A stretch of 64,000 bases of DNA. Origin: Eledone cirrhosa. Taxonomy: Eukaryota. The position numbers and the translations under genes are program-made. Under the pieces are notes generated by a model. That model was not told the origin of the DNA, did not search any database, and saw nothing but the letters and a program-made list of their open reading frames with translations. How positions within the stretch are numbered: the first letter of the stretch is position 1; each line of letters begins with the position of its first letter. The DNA lies in the NCBI GenBank assembly GCA_964016885.1, contig OZ024742.1, forward strand, positions 282,844,001 through 282,908,000. The letters run 5' to 3'. Below are positions 28,460 through 45,581 of this stretch, piece after piece.

Positions 28460-29918
28460 CACAAGCTTTCTGCCAAAATATTTTCAATGAGTTTTGAGAT
28501 AATATTTTTTCTGCTTGGTTGACTAAAATGCAACTAACAGCAAAAAATAGAAGAAAAAAACCCATTTCTGTCTCCAGAGACCTTTAAAAGTTTATGAAAA
28601 GCAAGATGGAGAAATCGAGAATTTGCTTAAATGTCTCAACACATGGTGTAATATTTAAAGCAAATTAACCCTCTACAACAAAGAAAACATTCTTAAACAG
28701 TCATCTGATACAAGATGTCTTAGATTATCAATGATAATAGGACTGAAGGGAAAAAATACCTCTTCATTTTCAGCAAGCAGCAGAGTCTTTGTGTCTGTGT
28801 TATTAATTCTGTAATATGCATACTGTTTGTTTGTTAACTCAACATGGCTGAATGCTAAGAGGTGTGTTTCATAAACATTAGATCCTGGGTTTGATCACAC
28901 TGTGTGGTATCTTGGGTGAGTGTCAGCCTTAGGCTGAACTATGTTTTGCAAGTAAAATTAGATAGATGGAAACAGTTTGGAAGCCTCTTGGATGGGCTGT
29001 ACCTGCTATTCTGAGTGTCAACATTGCTATGCTGAATCTCCCTGAGAATTATGCTCAGCTCCGTACATGTTAATTTATTCTGCAGGTTGTTCTATTGCTG
29101 AATCCCCCTGAGAATTACATGAAGTGTATGCACGTCTGTGGAATGCTCAGTCCTGTACATGATAATTTCATAAGCAAGCTGTCCAATTGATAAAACAACT
29201 GGAAAATTCATCGTCGAAACCAACGGAGGTCCATCGTCGTTATAGAGTTTGTTTGTTTATCTCCAGTTAGATAACACCTTCTCCTGCCTTTCCACTTGAT
29301 AAACCATTTTGAGACTATAATTCTAATGAACAGACTACTAATACTGGTTTAACACTTTTCATATCTGTAATGAAAAACACTGCCTGGAAAAAAAAAATTA
29401 TGGAATTAATATTTTACAGCCTGATACCTTTCCTTTCACCAATTCTTTTAGTGAAAAATAGAGAGACTTGGCTGATTTGCAAAGCATTAGAAATGTAAAA
29501 ATATAGTCCACTATGATGATAACTATAATAACTGCTGATAACCATAAATAACTGTTGAATAAAATTGGGTAAAATACCCCTGGAGATAGAAAAAAAATTG
29601 AACAGAGATGCCTTTATGTATTGTATTGTAAGATGTTGGAAATTTCTGTACTGGTACATTCAATGTCTCCGTGTTACATGTTATATATTGTTCGTTACAT
29701 TAGGCAGAAGATGTTGATTAATTAAATCTATGTAGATAATCTCAACGGCAACTGGCAGAAGTACGACAACTGCTACCTTCCACTGTCACTTCTAACTGAG
29801 ACTTCTATCTTAGATTGCTTCACAATATTAAGACTTCATTGGAATATTTTAATTAGATTTTCTCCTATTTTTACTATTTCTTACTTCTTTCACACGTACG
29901 TGTGTATCTGTGTATGTT

Positions 29919-29974
<56 letters not shown>

Positions 29975-30053
29975 CATATATATGTGTATATATATATATA
30001 TACATGTGTGTGTATATATGTATGTATACATACATATATATATATATGTATAC

Positions 30054-30091
<38 letters not shown>

Positions 30092-30756
30092 ACATATATA
30101 TATATATGTATACATATATATATATGTATACATATATATATATATATACATACATATATATATATATACATACACACACACTCTCATACACACACACTCA
30201 CACATACATCTATCACATCCACATGATTCCAATGCCGTTGAGTATATTACACAGTGACACGTATATGCACAGACAGCAACGCACAGACACATGTACACAC
30301 GTACACACATTATATACACATACACATTTCCAATACTCAATCTCAGTCAATTATCTCCTCACATACAGTACTTTAACTCCTCTTTTTTCCTTATCTACTT
30401 CTCCCTTTCCCCCTACCTTTCCCCATTATTACCGCTACTGCTACTACTCAAATACCAAGGAACTCAGAAATCTAAGCCCAAACATGATACCCCCATTCTG
30501 CTAGCCACTGTATTGAATTACCATCACCAGACTACAGGATATAGGCTTGTCAGCTATTAAATCGATCTTCTGCTTTTAGGGTTTCCATCAGGGTCACCCG
30601 TGCACCACCAAAGTATCTGTCTTGTTGATGCTGTTGGTTGTCAGTGGTGGTAGTGGTGGTGGTGGTGGTGGTGGTGGTAGTGGTGGTGGTGGTACTACTA
30701 GTTCCAGAATTTCAGTTTGTCTGTTACACTATATTCCCTTGATTTACTACTACCAC

Positions 30757-30809
<53 letters not shown>

Positions 30810-31344
30810 ACATGTTCATCATTGTTATAACTACCATCATCATCATCATCATCATCATCATCATGCTCATTAGTGTCATCATTATAATCACCATCACAGA
30901 AATCATCATCATTATTAGCAGCAGCAGCAGCATTATAGTGATCATCATCATCATCATGTCACCATAACCATCACCATTGTCATCATGAGAAGCATCAGCA
31001 GTCTCTTTGTCACTGCTTCATTGTAATACTATATGTATACTGCTACTACGACTACTACTACTACTACTACTACTACTATTACATTTCTACTTATATTACT
31101 ACTACTATGTATAACAATTGTATTAACTACACCATCGCCCCCTTTAATCTATAACCATCCCCACCATCACATTCATCACTACCATCAACAACTTCACATC
31201 CATCACCATCACCATCACCATCACTACCACTACCACTACCAGCACCACCTTCACTACTACCTGCAACTGCACACCCATCACCACTACCACCACCAATACC
31301 ATCTACACTATTACCAGGTTGTGGTGGTGGGGATGCCATTGGTT

Positions 31345-32200
31345 GATGGTGGTGGTGCTGCTGCTGCTGGGTGATAGTGGTGGTGGTGGTGGGTGATAGT
31401 GGTGGTGGTGGTGGTGGTGGTAGTGGCAGTAATAGTGGTGCTGCTGCTGGGTGATAGTGGTGGTGGTGGTGGTGGTGGCAGTAATAGTGGTGCTGCTGCT
31501 GGGTGATAGTGGTGCTGCTGCTGGGTGATAGTGGTGGTGGTGGCAGTAATAGTGGTGCTGCTGCTGGGTGATAGTGGTGGTGGTGGTGGCAGTAATAGGG
31601 GTGCTGCTGCTGGGTGATAGTGGTGGTGGTGGTGGTGGTGGTGGTGGTGGCAGTAATAGTGGTGCTGCTGCTGGGTGATAGTGGTGGTGGTGGTGGCAGT
31701 AATAGGGGTGCTGCTGCTGGGTGATAGTGGTGGTGGTGGTGGTGGTGGTGGTGGTGGCAGTAATAGGGGTGCTGCTGCTGGGTGATAGTGGTGGTGGTGG
31801 TGGTGGCAGTAATAGTGGTGCTGCTGCTGGGTGATAGTGGTGGTGGTGGTGGTGGTGGTGGTGGCAGTAATAGTGGTGCTGCTGCTGGGTGATAGTGGTG
31901 GTGGTGGTGGTGGTGGTGGTGGTGGCAGTAATAGTGGTGCTGCTGCTGGGTGATAGTGGTGGTGGTGGTGGTGGTGGTGGTGGCAGTAATAGTGGTGCTG
32001 CTGCTGGGTGATAGTGGTGGTGGTGGTGGTGGTGGTGGTGGTGGTGGCAGTAATAGTGGTGCTGCTGCTGGGTGATAGTGGTGGTGGTGGTGGTGGTGGT
32101 GGCAGTAATAGTGGTGCTGCTGCTGGGTGATAGTGGTGGTGGTGGTGGTGGTGGTGGCAGTAATAGTGGTGCTGCTGCTAGGTGATAGTGGTGGTGGTGG
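31345..32200. repeat. Variable-length minisatellite: (GGT)n plus GGCAGTAATAGTGGTGCTGCTGCTGGGTGATAGT
   Basis: Roughly 17-18 units with a constant core and a variable GGT tract. Confidence 0.95.
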
Positions 32201-32524
32201 GTGATGGTGGTGGTGGTGGTAGTGGTGGTAGTGGTAGTGGTGGTGTGGCTAGGATGAGTTCTGTTTACATTACAAAATGGAAATGACCTTTTCTCTCTCC
32301 TCTCTCTCGTCTCTCTCCTCTCTCTCCTCTCTCTCTTCCCCTCTCCCTCTCTACTCCCATTCTCTCCATGTCTCTCCCTCTCTCTATAATTCTCTAATTT
32401 AGTCGTAGCCATGCAATGCTGCATTAATTTGATGTCACACTCATGGGTGTATGTTTGCGCCTGTGTATATGCATGAGAGTATATTTATGTGCATGTTTGT
32501 TTGTGTCCCTATGTCTATGTGTGT

Positions 32525-32573
<49 letters not shown>

Positions 32574-32683
32574 TATACACAGTGTCCCCAAAGAATGTTT
32601 ACACACTTCAACAGCATTCTAATAAATATTGCCTGTACAGGTAATCAACGTATGTATACATTTCTGGGGCACACCCTGTATAT

Positions 32684-33118
<435 letters not shown>

Positions 33119-33360
33119 TTTATATTCAACGAATTCAATTTTACAATAGAAGAGAAGCACTAGACAGAAATTTATCTGGAGTATCTACTCCCTTTCAACT
33201 TCCTTTCTATATTTCTTTGTTGCTTTACGTCTTCTTCTCTAAGTTTATCATATTATTTGTGGTATATAAATGTTGAGTGTTGGGGAAATAACTTACTACC
33301 ACTACAGGGATTGAAGATTCAAGACATTAGGGCTATGTCTTATAACCAATCTCTTATATA

Positions 33361-33419
33361 TTTTATCTGATGAAAACGTACTGAAACACCATTGTACCTT
33401 TGAAATATGTATAATAAAA
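33361..33419 (+). ncRNA. Type I hammerhead ribozyme motif
   Basis: UUUUAU-CUGAUGA-[AAAcGUAC...GUACcUUU]-GAAA-U AUGU A-UA/AUAAAA; stem I extends to 12 bp (33355-33366 with 33414-33425). Confidence 0.78.
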
Positions 33420-33490
33420 TATATACTTTGGTTATGATATTTCTCATTTATTAATATTTTGAATAATATTAAATATATATATGTATTTGT

Positions 33491-33521
<31 letters not shown>

Positions 33522-33688
33522 AGTGTGTGTGTACGAGTGTGTGTATCTGTGTGTACACTCCACATTAATTTGCTGAAAGCTTAAGTTGCACCACAAATGA
33601 GCAACAATATTTATTATTCACCCACATGTTGGGCAATATGTTGCTCATTACTACACCAATATATCCTTCTCTCTTTCTCTAACACACC

Positions 33689-33734
<46 letters not shown>

Positions 33735-33740
<6 letters not shown>

Positions 33741-33935
33741 CTATCTCGCTCACTCTCTCTCTAACACACATGCGCTCTCTCTATCTCTCTCTCTCTCTCA
33801 GACAACCCTATCCTGTCATGACAGTCCTCTTTCTATAAGAGACTCACTGTCACACCATGATGGCCTCAACTCTCTATCCCCCTCACTCTCTCTCTCTATC
33901 CTCCTCACTCTCTCTCTCTCTCTCTCTCTCTCTAT

Positions 33936-33966
<31 letters not shown>

Positions 33967-34240
33967 CACCTTCTCTCTCTCTCTCTCTCGCTATCCCCTT
34001 CTCTCTCTCTCTCTCTCTCTCCTACTATCTCGCTCACTCTCTCTCTAACACACATGCGCTCTCTCTATCTCTCTCTCTCTCTCAGACAACCCTATCCTGT
34101 CATGACAGTCCTCTTTCTATAAGAGACTCACTGTCACACCATGATGGCCTCAACTCTCTATCCCCCTCACTCTCTCTCTCTCTCTCTCACCTTCTCTCTC
34201 TCTCTCTCTCGCTATCCCCTTCTCTCTCTCTCTCTCTCAT
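33735..34240. repeat. Local tandem duplication of a CT-rich unit of about 285 bp
   Basis: CCTACTATCTCGCTCAC...CAGACAACCCTATCCTGTCATGACAGTCC...ATGATGGCCTCAAC occurs twice. Confidence 0.85.
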
Positions 34241-34638
34241 GAGAACCCTCTTTCTACAAGACACTCTCACACCATGAGAACCTCATCTCCCCCCTCTCTC
34301 TCTCTCTGTTTTATTTATTTATTTATTTGTTGCTATTATTTTTTATATTTTATGTTGTTTATTTGATATTGTTTATGTTTATTGATAATTTATTCCTGGA
34401 AATGCATTAAACATGTGATGAAAATTAAAAACAAACAAAATTGTCCCAAACTCATTATCATCATCACCATCATCATTTTCATCACCATCATTTTCATCAT
34501 CATCATTTTCATCATCATCATCATCACCATTATCATGACAATCATCATCAATATCATCATCATCATCATCACCATTGACAAAAAAGTTTCTTTAAGCTTT
34601 TTTCATATTTAAACATGTTTCATTACCCACACACACAA

Positions 34639-34670
<32 letters not shown>

Positions 34671-35102
34671 GCACACACACATACACATACGTGTGTGTGT
34701 GTATGTGTGCAGGCATACGTAATGAGAGACAAAATACACACTGACAGACCCCATGTTAAAATAAAGCAAAGAAACCTCTCTTTCTTAATCAAGTGAGATA
34801 GGAGATGAGATGTGATGATAAAAAGGAATAAAATGACACACACTTATGCACATGCATATACAGAGGGAGAAAGAGAGTATTGATGAGCAAAACTGATAAA
34901 ATATACGTGCCTGTGTATATATATATATATGTGTGTGTGTGTATGTATGTATGCAGGTGTGTATGTATGTGTGTATATAAATGTATGGGTAAGGAGTGGT
35001 TTTCTGAAGAATGATATGGGGGTACGGTTAAATAAGGTACTCAACACATAAAGTAGAGCAGGTACAATATATATGTGTGCGTATGTATGTATTGTGTGTA
35101 TA

Positions 35103-35161
<59 letters not shown>

Positions 35162-35322
35162 TGCAAGCAGGGAAAAGCAGACGTAAAATGATGATGATGA
35201 TGATGGTGATGGTGAGGCTGATGATGATTGTATGTGTGTGTGTATATGCATGTATATATATATATGTGTGTGTGTGTGTATATATACATGTATATATATA
35301 CATACACGTTTATATGTATATA

Positions 35323-35386
<64 letters not shown>

Positions 35387-35633
35387 GTATGTGTGTGTGT
35401 ATGTATATATATATGTATATATGTGTGTGTGTGTATGTCATCATCATTTAATGTCCATTATGTTTTGTTTTGTTTATGTTGATTCTGTTTGTAGAGTTGA
35501 TTACCAAAGAATCAAGGAATCAGTAGACAAGTGAAAGTGGGGGAAGGGAGAGAGATAAGTGTGAAGGAGCTGTTGATTACATTTTGATGAGCAGCACAGC
35601 AAATGATGATGATGATGATGATGATTGTCAGTG

Positions 35634-35742
<109 letters not shown>

Positions 35743-36014
35743 ATAACCTCTGTCTTAATAAATAACTGTAGATATCAGAATGTAGTGATAATGATAATGG
35801 TGGTGGCTGGTGAAGATGATGTTGATGGCTGTTGTAGTGGTGATGATGGTGATGATAATGATGGTGGTAATGCAGGCCAAACCAGAAACAGTCTTCATCA
35901 CCCAGCTTGGCAATAATTAGCCAAGCTAATATAGACACACTGTAGAAATCATGATGATTGTATTGCTTGATAACAAGAAGTAACAGCCCCAAAAATCTAT
36001 AATTATATATATAT

Positions 36015-36096
<82 letters not shown>

Positions 36097-36097
<1 letters not shown>

Positions 36098-37048
36098 CTA
36101 GCAGTAAAGCCCGGCGTTGCTCGGGGTCGCTCAGTAGCTGTGTTAAAGTTACAATGTTAAGTTTCTTTTTTGGCTTAAAAACTGTAGTGTCTACTGTGCA
36201 GACTTGCATGTGGTGTTTTTGATTAATATTCCCTCAACCAACAATATGCCTTATGAAGTTAAGAAAACATAACGATAACCCGAATGTTATAACAAAAGAG
36301 GATGCTGGGGATAAAAACTGCACTGGTTATTTATTAACAAAGATCGAAAATGTAAACACTGCAACGCAGAGAAAAACATTAGCGTAACCAAATTATCAGT
36401 TATGTCTGTCTGCACGCCTATATCACCTCTCTGCACGACTGTCTGTCTGCACGCCTATATCACCTCTCTGCACGACTGTCTGTCTGCACGCCTATATCAC
36501 CTCTCTGCACGACTGTCTGTCTGCACGCCTATATCACCTCTCTGCACGACTATCTGTCTGCACGCCTATATCACCTCTCTGCACGACTGTCTGTCTGCAC
36601 GACTGTCTGTCTGCACGCCTAACGACGAAATATTTGCTTGTTTTACGTAGTCTTTAAATAGACTTGTTTTCAAGTAAAAATATTGTTTTAAAATGCTTTT
36701 AAATGGAAATGAAGCAAAACGGAAGCTTAGTGTTCGAACTGATGAATTTTGCAGGTCAATATTTTGCTGGCTCGACAACTGTTAAAGCCAGCGTAATTTT
36801 TTACGTAAGACGCTCAATGTAAACAGAACAAAGGGAAATAACTGATCACTTACGCTCAAAAATCGATACATTATATTCGATTTCGTCAGATAGGGTGGGT
36901 CAATTTGAAATTTTTTTTTTCCGATGTCTTCGCTAGGGCTCAATGTACAAGTATAGCAATTTCGGTGCAATTCCGTGAGAGATTCTAAGAGGAGATGTGT
37001 GCCAAAAATCGATAGACAGACAGACAACCACAGTTTTATATATATAGA
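36097..37048 (+). mobile_element. Non-autonomous Helitron/Helentron-like (HINE/Lep1-type) element
   Basis: 5' ACTAGCAGTAAAGCCCGGCGTTGCTCGGG hairpin end, internal tandem repeat, 3' (GACA)n then TTTTATATATATAGA; inserted in (TA)n. Confidence 0.65.
36404..36620. repeat. 37-bp minisatellite, about 5.5 copies
   Basis: Unit CTGTCTGTCTGCACGCCTATATCACCTCTCTGCACGA. Confidence 0.95.
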
Positions 37049-37146
37049 AATATATAATATATATATATATATATAATATATATATCTCTCTATATATATA
37101 TATATATATCTATATATATATATATATATAATATATATATCTATAT

Positions 37147-37208
<62 letters not shown>

Positions 37209-37466
37209 ATATTATATATATATCTCTCTATATATATATCTATATATATATAATATATATATAGATATATATATATATATATCTATATATATATATATAT
37301 AATATATATATCTATGGAGGCACATGGCTTAGTGGTTAGAGCATTGTGATGTGTTGAGCAAGACACTTTATTTCACATTGCTCCAGTTTATATTATATAT
37401 ATAGATATATATATATATATATCTATATATATATTATATATATATAGATATATATATAGAGAGATA

Positions 37467-37543
<77 letters not shown>

Positions 37544-37581
37544 TATCTCTCTCTATATATATATATAATATATATATCTAT

Positions 37582-37893
37582 GGAGGCACATGGCTTAGTG
37601 GTTAGAGCATTGGCCTTGCAATCGAAAGGTTGTGAGTTCAATTCTCAGACCGGGTGATGTGTTGAGCAAGACACTTTATTTCACATTGCTCCAGTTTACT
37701 CAGAAATGAGTATCATTCCACTGCAAAGTGGTCGTGGAGGAGCCACGGCAAAAAAAAGCACCCAGCTCTCACTGTAAATGAGGTTGGTGTTAGGAAGGGC
37801 ATCCAGCTGTAGAAACCAAGCCAGAATCAGTTCCCGTCCCACCCTTGCAAGCAGGGAAAAGTGGACGTAAAATGAAATGATGATGATGATGAT
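37582..37893 (+). mobile_element. tRNA-derived SINE with RTE-like tail (partial duplicate at 37316-37388)
   Basis: GGAGGCACATGGCTTAGTGGTTAGAGC head, GAGTTCAATTC B-box, GTTAGGAAGGGCATCCAGCTGTAGAAA, (ATG)n tail. Confidence 0.88.
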
Positions 37894-37936
37894 ATATAAT
37901 ATATATATATATAATATATATATATATAATATATAT

Positions 37937-37970
<34 letters not shown>

Positions 37971-38198
37971 ATTATAGATTGTTGGGCTGTTACTTCTTGA
38001 AGGCGTGTGGCTGAGTGGTTAGAGAATTGGATTCGCAATTGAAAAGTTGTGAGTTCGATTCCTGGACCAGGCGATGCGTTATGTCCTTTCATGTTGCTCC
38101 TTCTACCTGGAGTTGCGACCGATAGATAGTATTAGCAATTGGAAAGACCAACAGAGACATTGTTCCCTCGGTCCGATTTGACGAAAGTCGATTGTTCC

Positions 38199-38273
<75 letters not shown>

Positions 38274-38314
38274 TACAAATATTAATAAAATAGATGTTCT
38301 TTTTATCAATTACA

Positions 38315-38357
38315 TTTTATTATATATATTTCAGATGTACGTCCTCATCAGATAAAA
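38315..38357 (-). ncRNA. Minimal type I hammerhead ribozyme motif
   Basis: Minus strand: UUUUAU-CUGAUGA-GGA CGUACA UCU-GAAA-U AUAU A-UA/AUAAAA; next to a 41-bp hairpin at 38396-38436. Confidence 0.7.
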
Positions 38358-38525
38358 TATAATGATGTATGACATACCCTGAGATGTTAAATGGTTAAGA
38401 TTTAATCAAGGTAGTCACTACCTTGATTAAATCTTATTTTCCCATAGAGTGCTTTCAATCTACTGTAAAACTCATTCTTTGATATACTCATTGAATCTTG
38501 TTTAACTCTTTAATATATATATATA

Positions 38526-41960
<3,435 letters not shown>

Positions 41961-41962
<2 letters not shown>

Positions 41963-43927
41963 AATCTAATTGTAATACGTGACGTATTCTATTCTATAGC
42001 GATTAGGTCTTCAAAATGTTTATTATAAACATACAGAATATTTTCGAATATTCTATGTCTATCTTCACATATATATCGCTATTTCAGAGCATTTATTCCA
42101 ATTTCTAATTTCTGCCGGACCGGCAACAGCTCTTTCAAACCAGTTCCTGTACACAGCTAAGTATTCTATAAGTCTCTAGCTGTGTCATTCTCGATAAAAG
42201 CACTGGATATGTAGTCCTGATGATTTCTAACTAGAATGAAACGCGTAGATTACTTCCCTTGCTTTTATCGAGAATCTAATTGTAATACGTGACGTATTCT
42301 ATTCTATAGCGATTAGGTCTTCAAAATGTTTATTATAAACATACAGAATATTTTCGAATATTCTATGTCTATATTCACATATATATCGCTATTTCAGAGC
42401 ATTTATTCCAATTTCTAATTTCTGCCGGACCGGCAACCGCTCTTTCAAACCAGTTCCTGTACACAGCTAAGTATTCTATAAGTCTCTAGCTGTGTCATTC
42501 TCGATAAAAGCACTGGATATGTAGTCCTGATGATTTCTAACTAGAATGAAACGCGTAGATTACTTCCCTTGCTTTTATCGAGAATCTAATTGTAATACGT
42601 GACGTATTCTATTCTATAGCGATTAGGTCTTCAAAATGTTTATTATAAACATACAGAATATTTTCGAATATTCTATGTCTATATTCACATATATATCGCT
42701 ATTTCAGAGCATTTATTCCAATTTCTAATTTCTGCCGGACCGGCAACCGCTCTTTCAAACCAGTTCCTGTACACAGCTAAGTATTCTATAAGTCTCTAGC
42801 TGTGTCATTCTCGATAAAAGCACTGGATATGTAGTCCTGATGATTTCTAACTAGAATGAAACGCGTAGATTACTTCCCTTGCTTTTATCGAGAATCTAAT
42901 TGTAATACGTGACGTATTCTATTCTATAGCGATTAGGTCTTCAAAATGTTTATTATAAACATACAGAATATTTTCGAATATTCTATGTCTATATTCACAT
43001 ATATATCGCTATTTCAGAGCATTTATTCCAATTTCTAATTTCTGCCGGACCGGCAACCGCTCTTTCAAACCAGTTCCTGTACACAGCTAAGTATTCTATA
43101 AGTCTCTAGCTGTGTCATTCTCGATAAAAGCACTGGATATGTAGTCCTGATGATTTCTAACTAGAATGAAACGCGTAGATTACTTCCCTTGCTTTTATCG
43201 AGAATCTAATTGTAATACGTGACGTATTCTATTCTATAGCGATTAGGTCTTCAAAATGTTTATTATAAACATACAGAATATTTTCGAATATTCTATGTCT
43301 ATATTCACATATATATCGCTATTTCAGAGCATTTATTCCAATTTCTAATTTCTGCCGGACCGGCAACCGCTCTTTCAAACCAGTTCCTGTACACAGCTAA
43401 GTATTCTATAAGTCTCTAGCTGTGTCATTCTCGATAAAAGCACTGGATATGTAGTCCTGATGATTTCTAACTAGAATGAAACGCGTAGATTACTTCCCTT
43501 GCTTTTATCGAGAATCTAATTGTAATACGTGACGTATTCTATTCTATAGCGATTAGGTCTTCAAAATGTTTATTATAAACATACAGAATATTTTCGAATA
43601 TTCTATGTCTATATTCACATATATATCGCTATTTCAGAGCATTTATTCCAATTTCTAATTTCTGCCGGACCGGCAACCGCTCTTTCAAACCAGTTCCTGT
43701 ACACAGCTAAGTATTCTATAAGTCTCTAGCTGTGTCATTCTCGATAAAAGCACTGGATATGTAGTCCTGATGATTTCTAACTAGAATGAAACGCGTAGAT
43801 TACTTCCCTTGCTTTTATCGAGAATCTAATTGTAATACGTGACGTATTCTATTCTATAGCGATTAGGTCTTCAAAATGTTTATTATAAACATACAGAATA
43901 TTTTCGAATATTCTATGTCTATATTCA
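41961..43927 (+). mobile_element. Retrozyme-like 310-bp tandem array, right inverted block (about 6.3 copies; hammerhead on plus strand)
   Basis: AGAATCTAAT recurs at 41961+310k (k=0..6); reverse complement of the left block. Confidence 0.9.
42211..42253 (+). ncRNA. Type I hammerhead ribozyme (6 plus-strand copies starting 42211, 42521, 42831, 43141, 43451, 43761)
   Basis: Stem I GUAGUC/GAUUAC, core CUGAUGA and GAAA, stem II UUCU(A)/(U)AGAA, palindromic stem III ACGCGU, predicted cleavage after GUA at 42247. Confidence 0.88.
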
Positions 43928-44620
43928 TATATATATATATATATTTATACATTATGAAGAGAGAAGAAACATTTAGATATAATTAGTAATAAAATGTATC
44001 ATACCTAAACTGCTCCTAAATTCCTCGACTACGTAGTTTCGTGGCATAAACAAAAACAATATATCATAAAGATATAGAGTCCTTGCGAGGTCTGCCGACT
44101 TATCAAGAGGATACCTCATTTTACTAGTCTCAAGAACGCGTCTACACGACGTGAGAAAGAATCCCAAAAGGTGGAGGGGGAGATAGTCTCGCGATATAAC
44201 GGTCGAGAAACAGAGCTAAGCCTCTTATAACCCCGAAGAAAATACCACGGAGGCGGAGGGGGTATTTATATCGAGGCCGTAGAAGAGGTGGTGAAGAAGG
44301 CGAGAAGTATGAGTAATGGAAGCTTTCCAGCTGTCCCCACACTTCAAAGATTGCTCGACCAGAGGGAGTTATTAACAATATATTTAGAAACACACAGATA
44401 CATGCGGACACACACACATAAAGATATATATATATTTATATATATATATCTTTATGTTATTCGTTCCGGCACTCTGCTCTGTAAGTTCAAATCCTGCCAA
44501 GATGCCAAGATCGATAAAAAAAAAACCAGTCTAGTACTGGGGTCGATACTTCCTCTATATCTCTTTTTCATTTCCTCTCTGTCACTTTCTGTCTTTCTCT
44601 GGAAGAAATCTGCTGTATTC

Positions 44621-44832
44621 AGGCCTGGAGAGGGATGGGTTCTGCCAGGCCTGGAGAGGGATGGGTTCCACCAGGCCTGGAGAGGGATGGGTTCCACCAG
44701 GCCTGGAGAGGGATGGGTTCCACCAGGCCTGGAGAGGGATGGGTTCCGCCAGGCCTGGAGAGGGATGGGTTCCGCCAGGCCTGGAGAGGGATGGGTTCCA
44801 CCAGGCCTGGAGAGGGATGGGTTCCGCCAGGC
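44621..44832. repeat. 26-bp GC-rich minisatellite, about 8 copies
   Basis: Unit AGGCCTGGAGAGGGATGGGTTCCRCC; contains the palindrome CCAGGCCTGG. Confidence 0.97.
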
Positions 44833-45369
44833 ATAAAATGCCAAGAAACACTGTATGTCAATATGGCACTCCTATGACTCTATCAGGGGTTGCAGAACCA
44901 TACATACACATATGTATGAGTGTTTGTATACATATATTGAGAGATAGACACAGACATGGTTGTGTGGTTAAGGAGTTCATTTGGTAAGCATAGTTTTGGG
45001 TTCAAATGCGTCAAAGCTCTACCTTTCATCCTTACAAGGTCGATAAGTATCAGTGACCTTGTTCATGCAATTCTGTGCAATAACGTGGGATTTCAATTGT
45101 AATGCCAGTTGATGCGGCTTAAGATGGACGTGAGACAATATCATAACAAAGATTGGAACATATATATATCCAGGACCAAATAAATACTCTAGGTAAATGA
45201 TGGGTTTTGCCAGAAATATTTAAAGTTTGATGTATTCCCACACTCAGCAAATGAGACAAGTTTCCCTATAAGGGGTATATTGCACAAGGTGTGTTAAAAA
45301 TTCAGTCCACTTGCTTTTGGTAACATCATATATATAACAAGGAAAATGAATGTTAAATGATGACAAGAA

Positions 45370-45500
45370 TAATATCATCACCATCATCATGTCATTTTAT
45401 GTCCGCTTTTCCAAGGAAACAACACATCACCCGGTCTGAGAATTGAACTCACAACCTATCGATTGCAAGGCCAATGCTCTAACCACTAAGCCATGTACCT

Positions 45501-45502
<2 letters not shown>
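45370..45502 (-). mobile_element. Internally deleted tRNA/RTE-tail SINE
   Basis: Head joined directly to the AAAAGCGGACATAAAATGA tail. Confidence 0.75.
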
Positions 45503-45541
<39 letters not shown>

Positions 45542-45542
45542 G

Positions 45543-45581
<39 letters not shown>

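Noticed and set aside
31303-32424. 373-aa His/Pro/Thr-rich ORF
   Set aside because: Frame cycles through a GGT-based minisatellite; no domain or splice evidence
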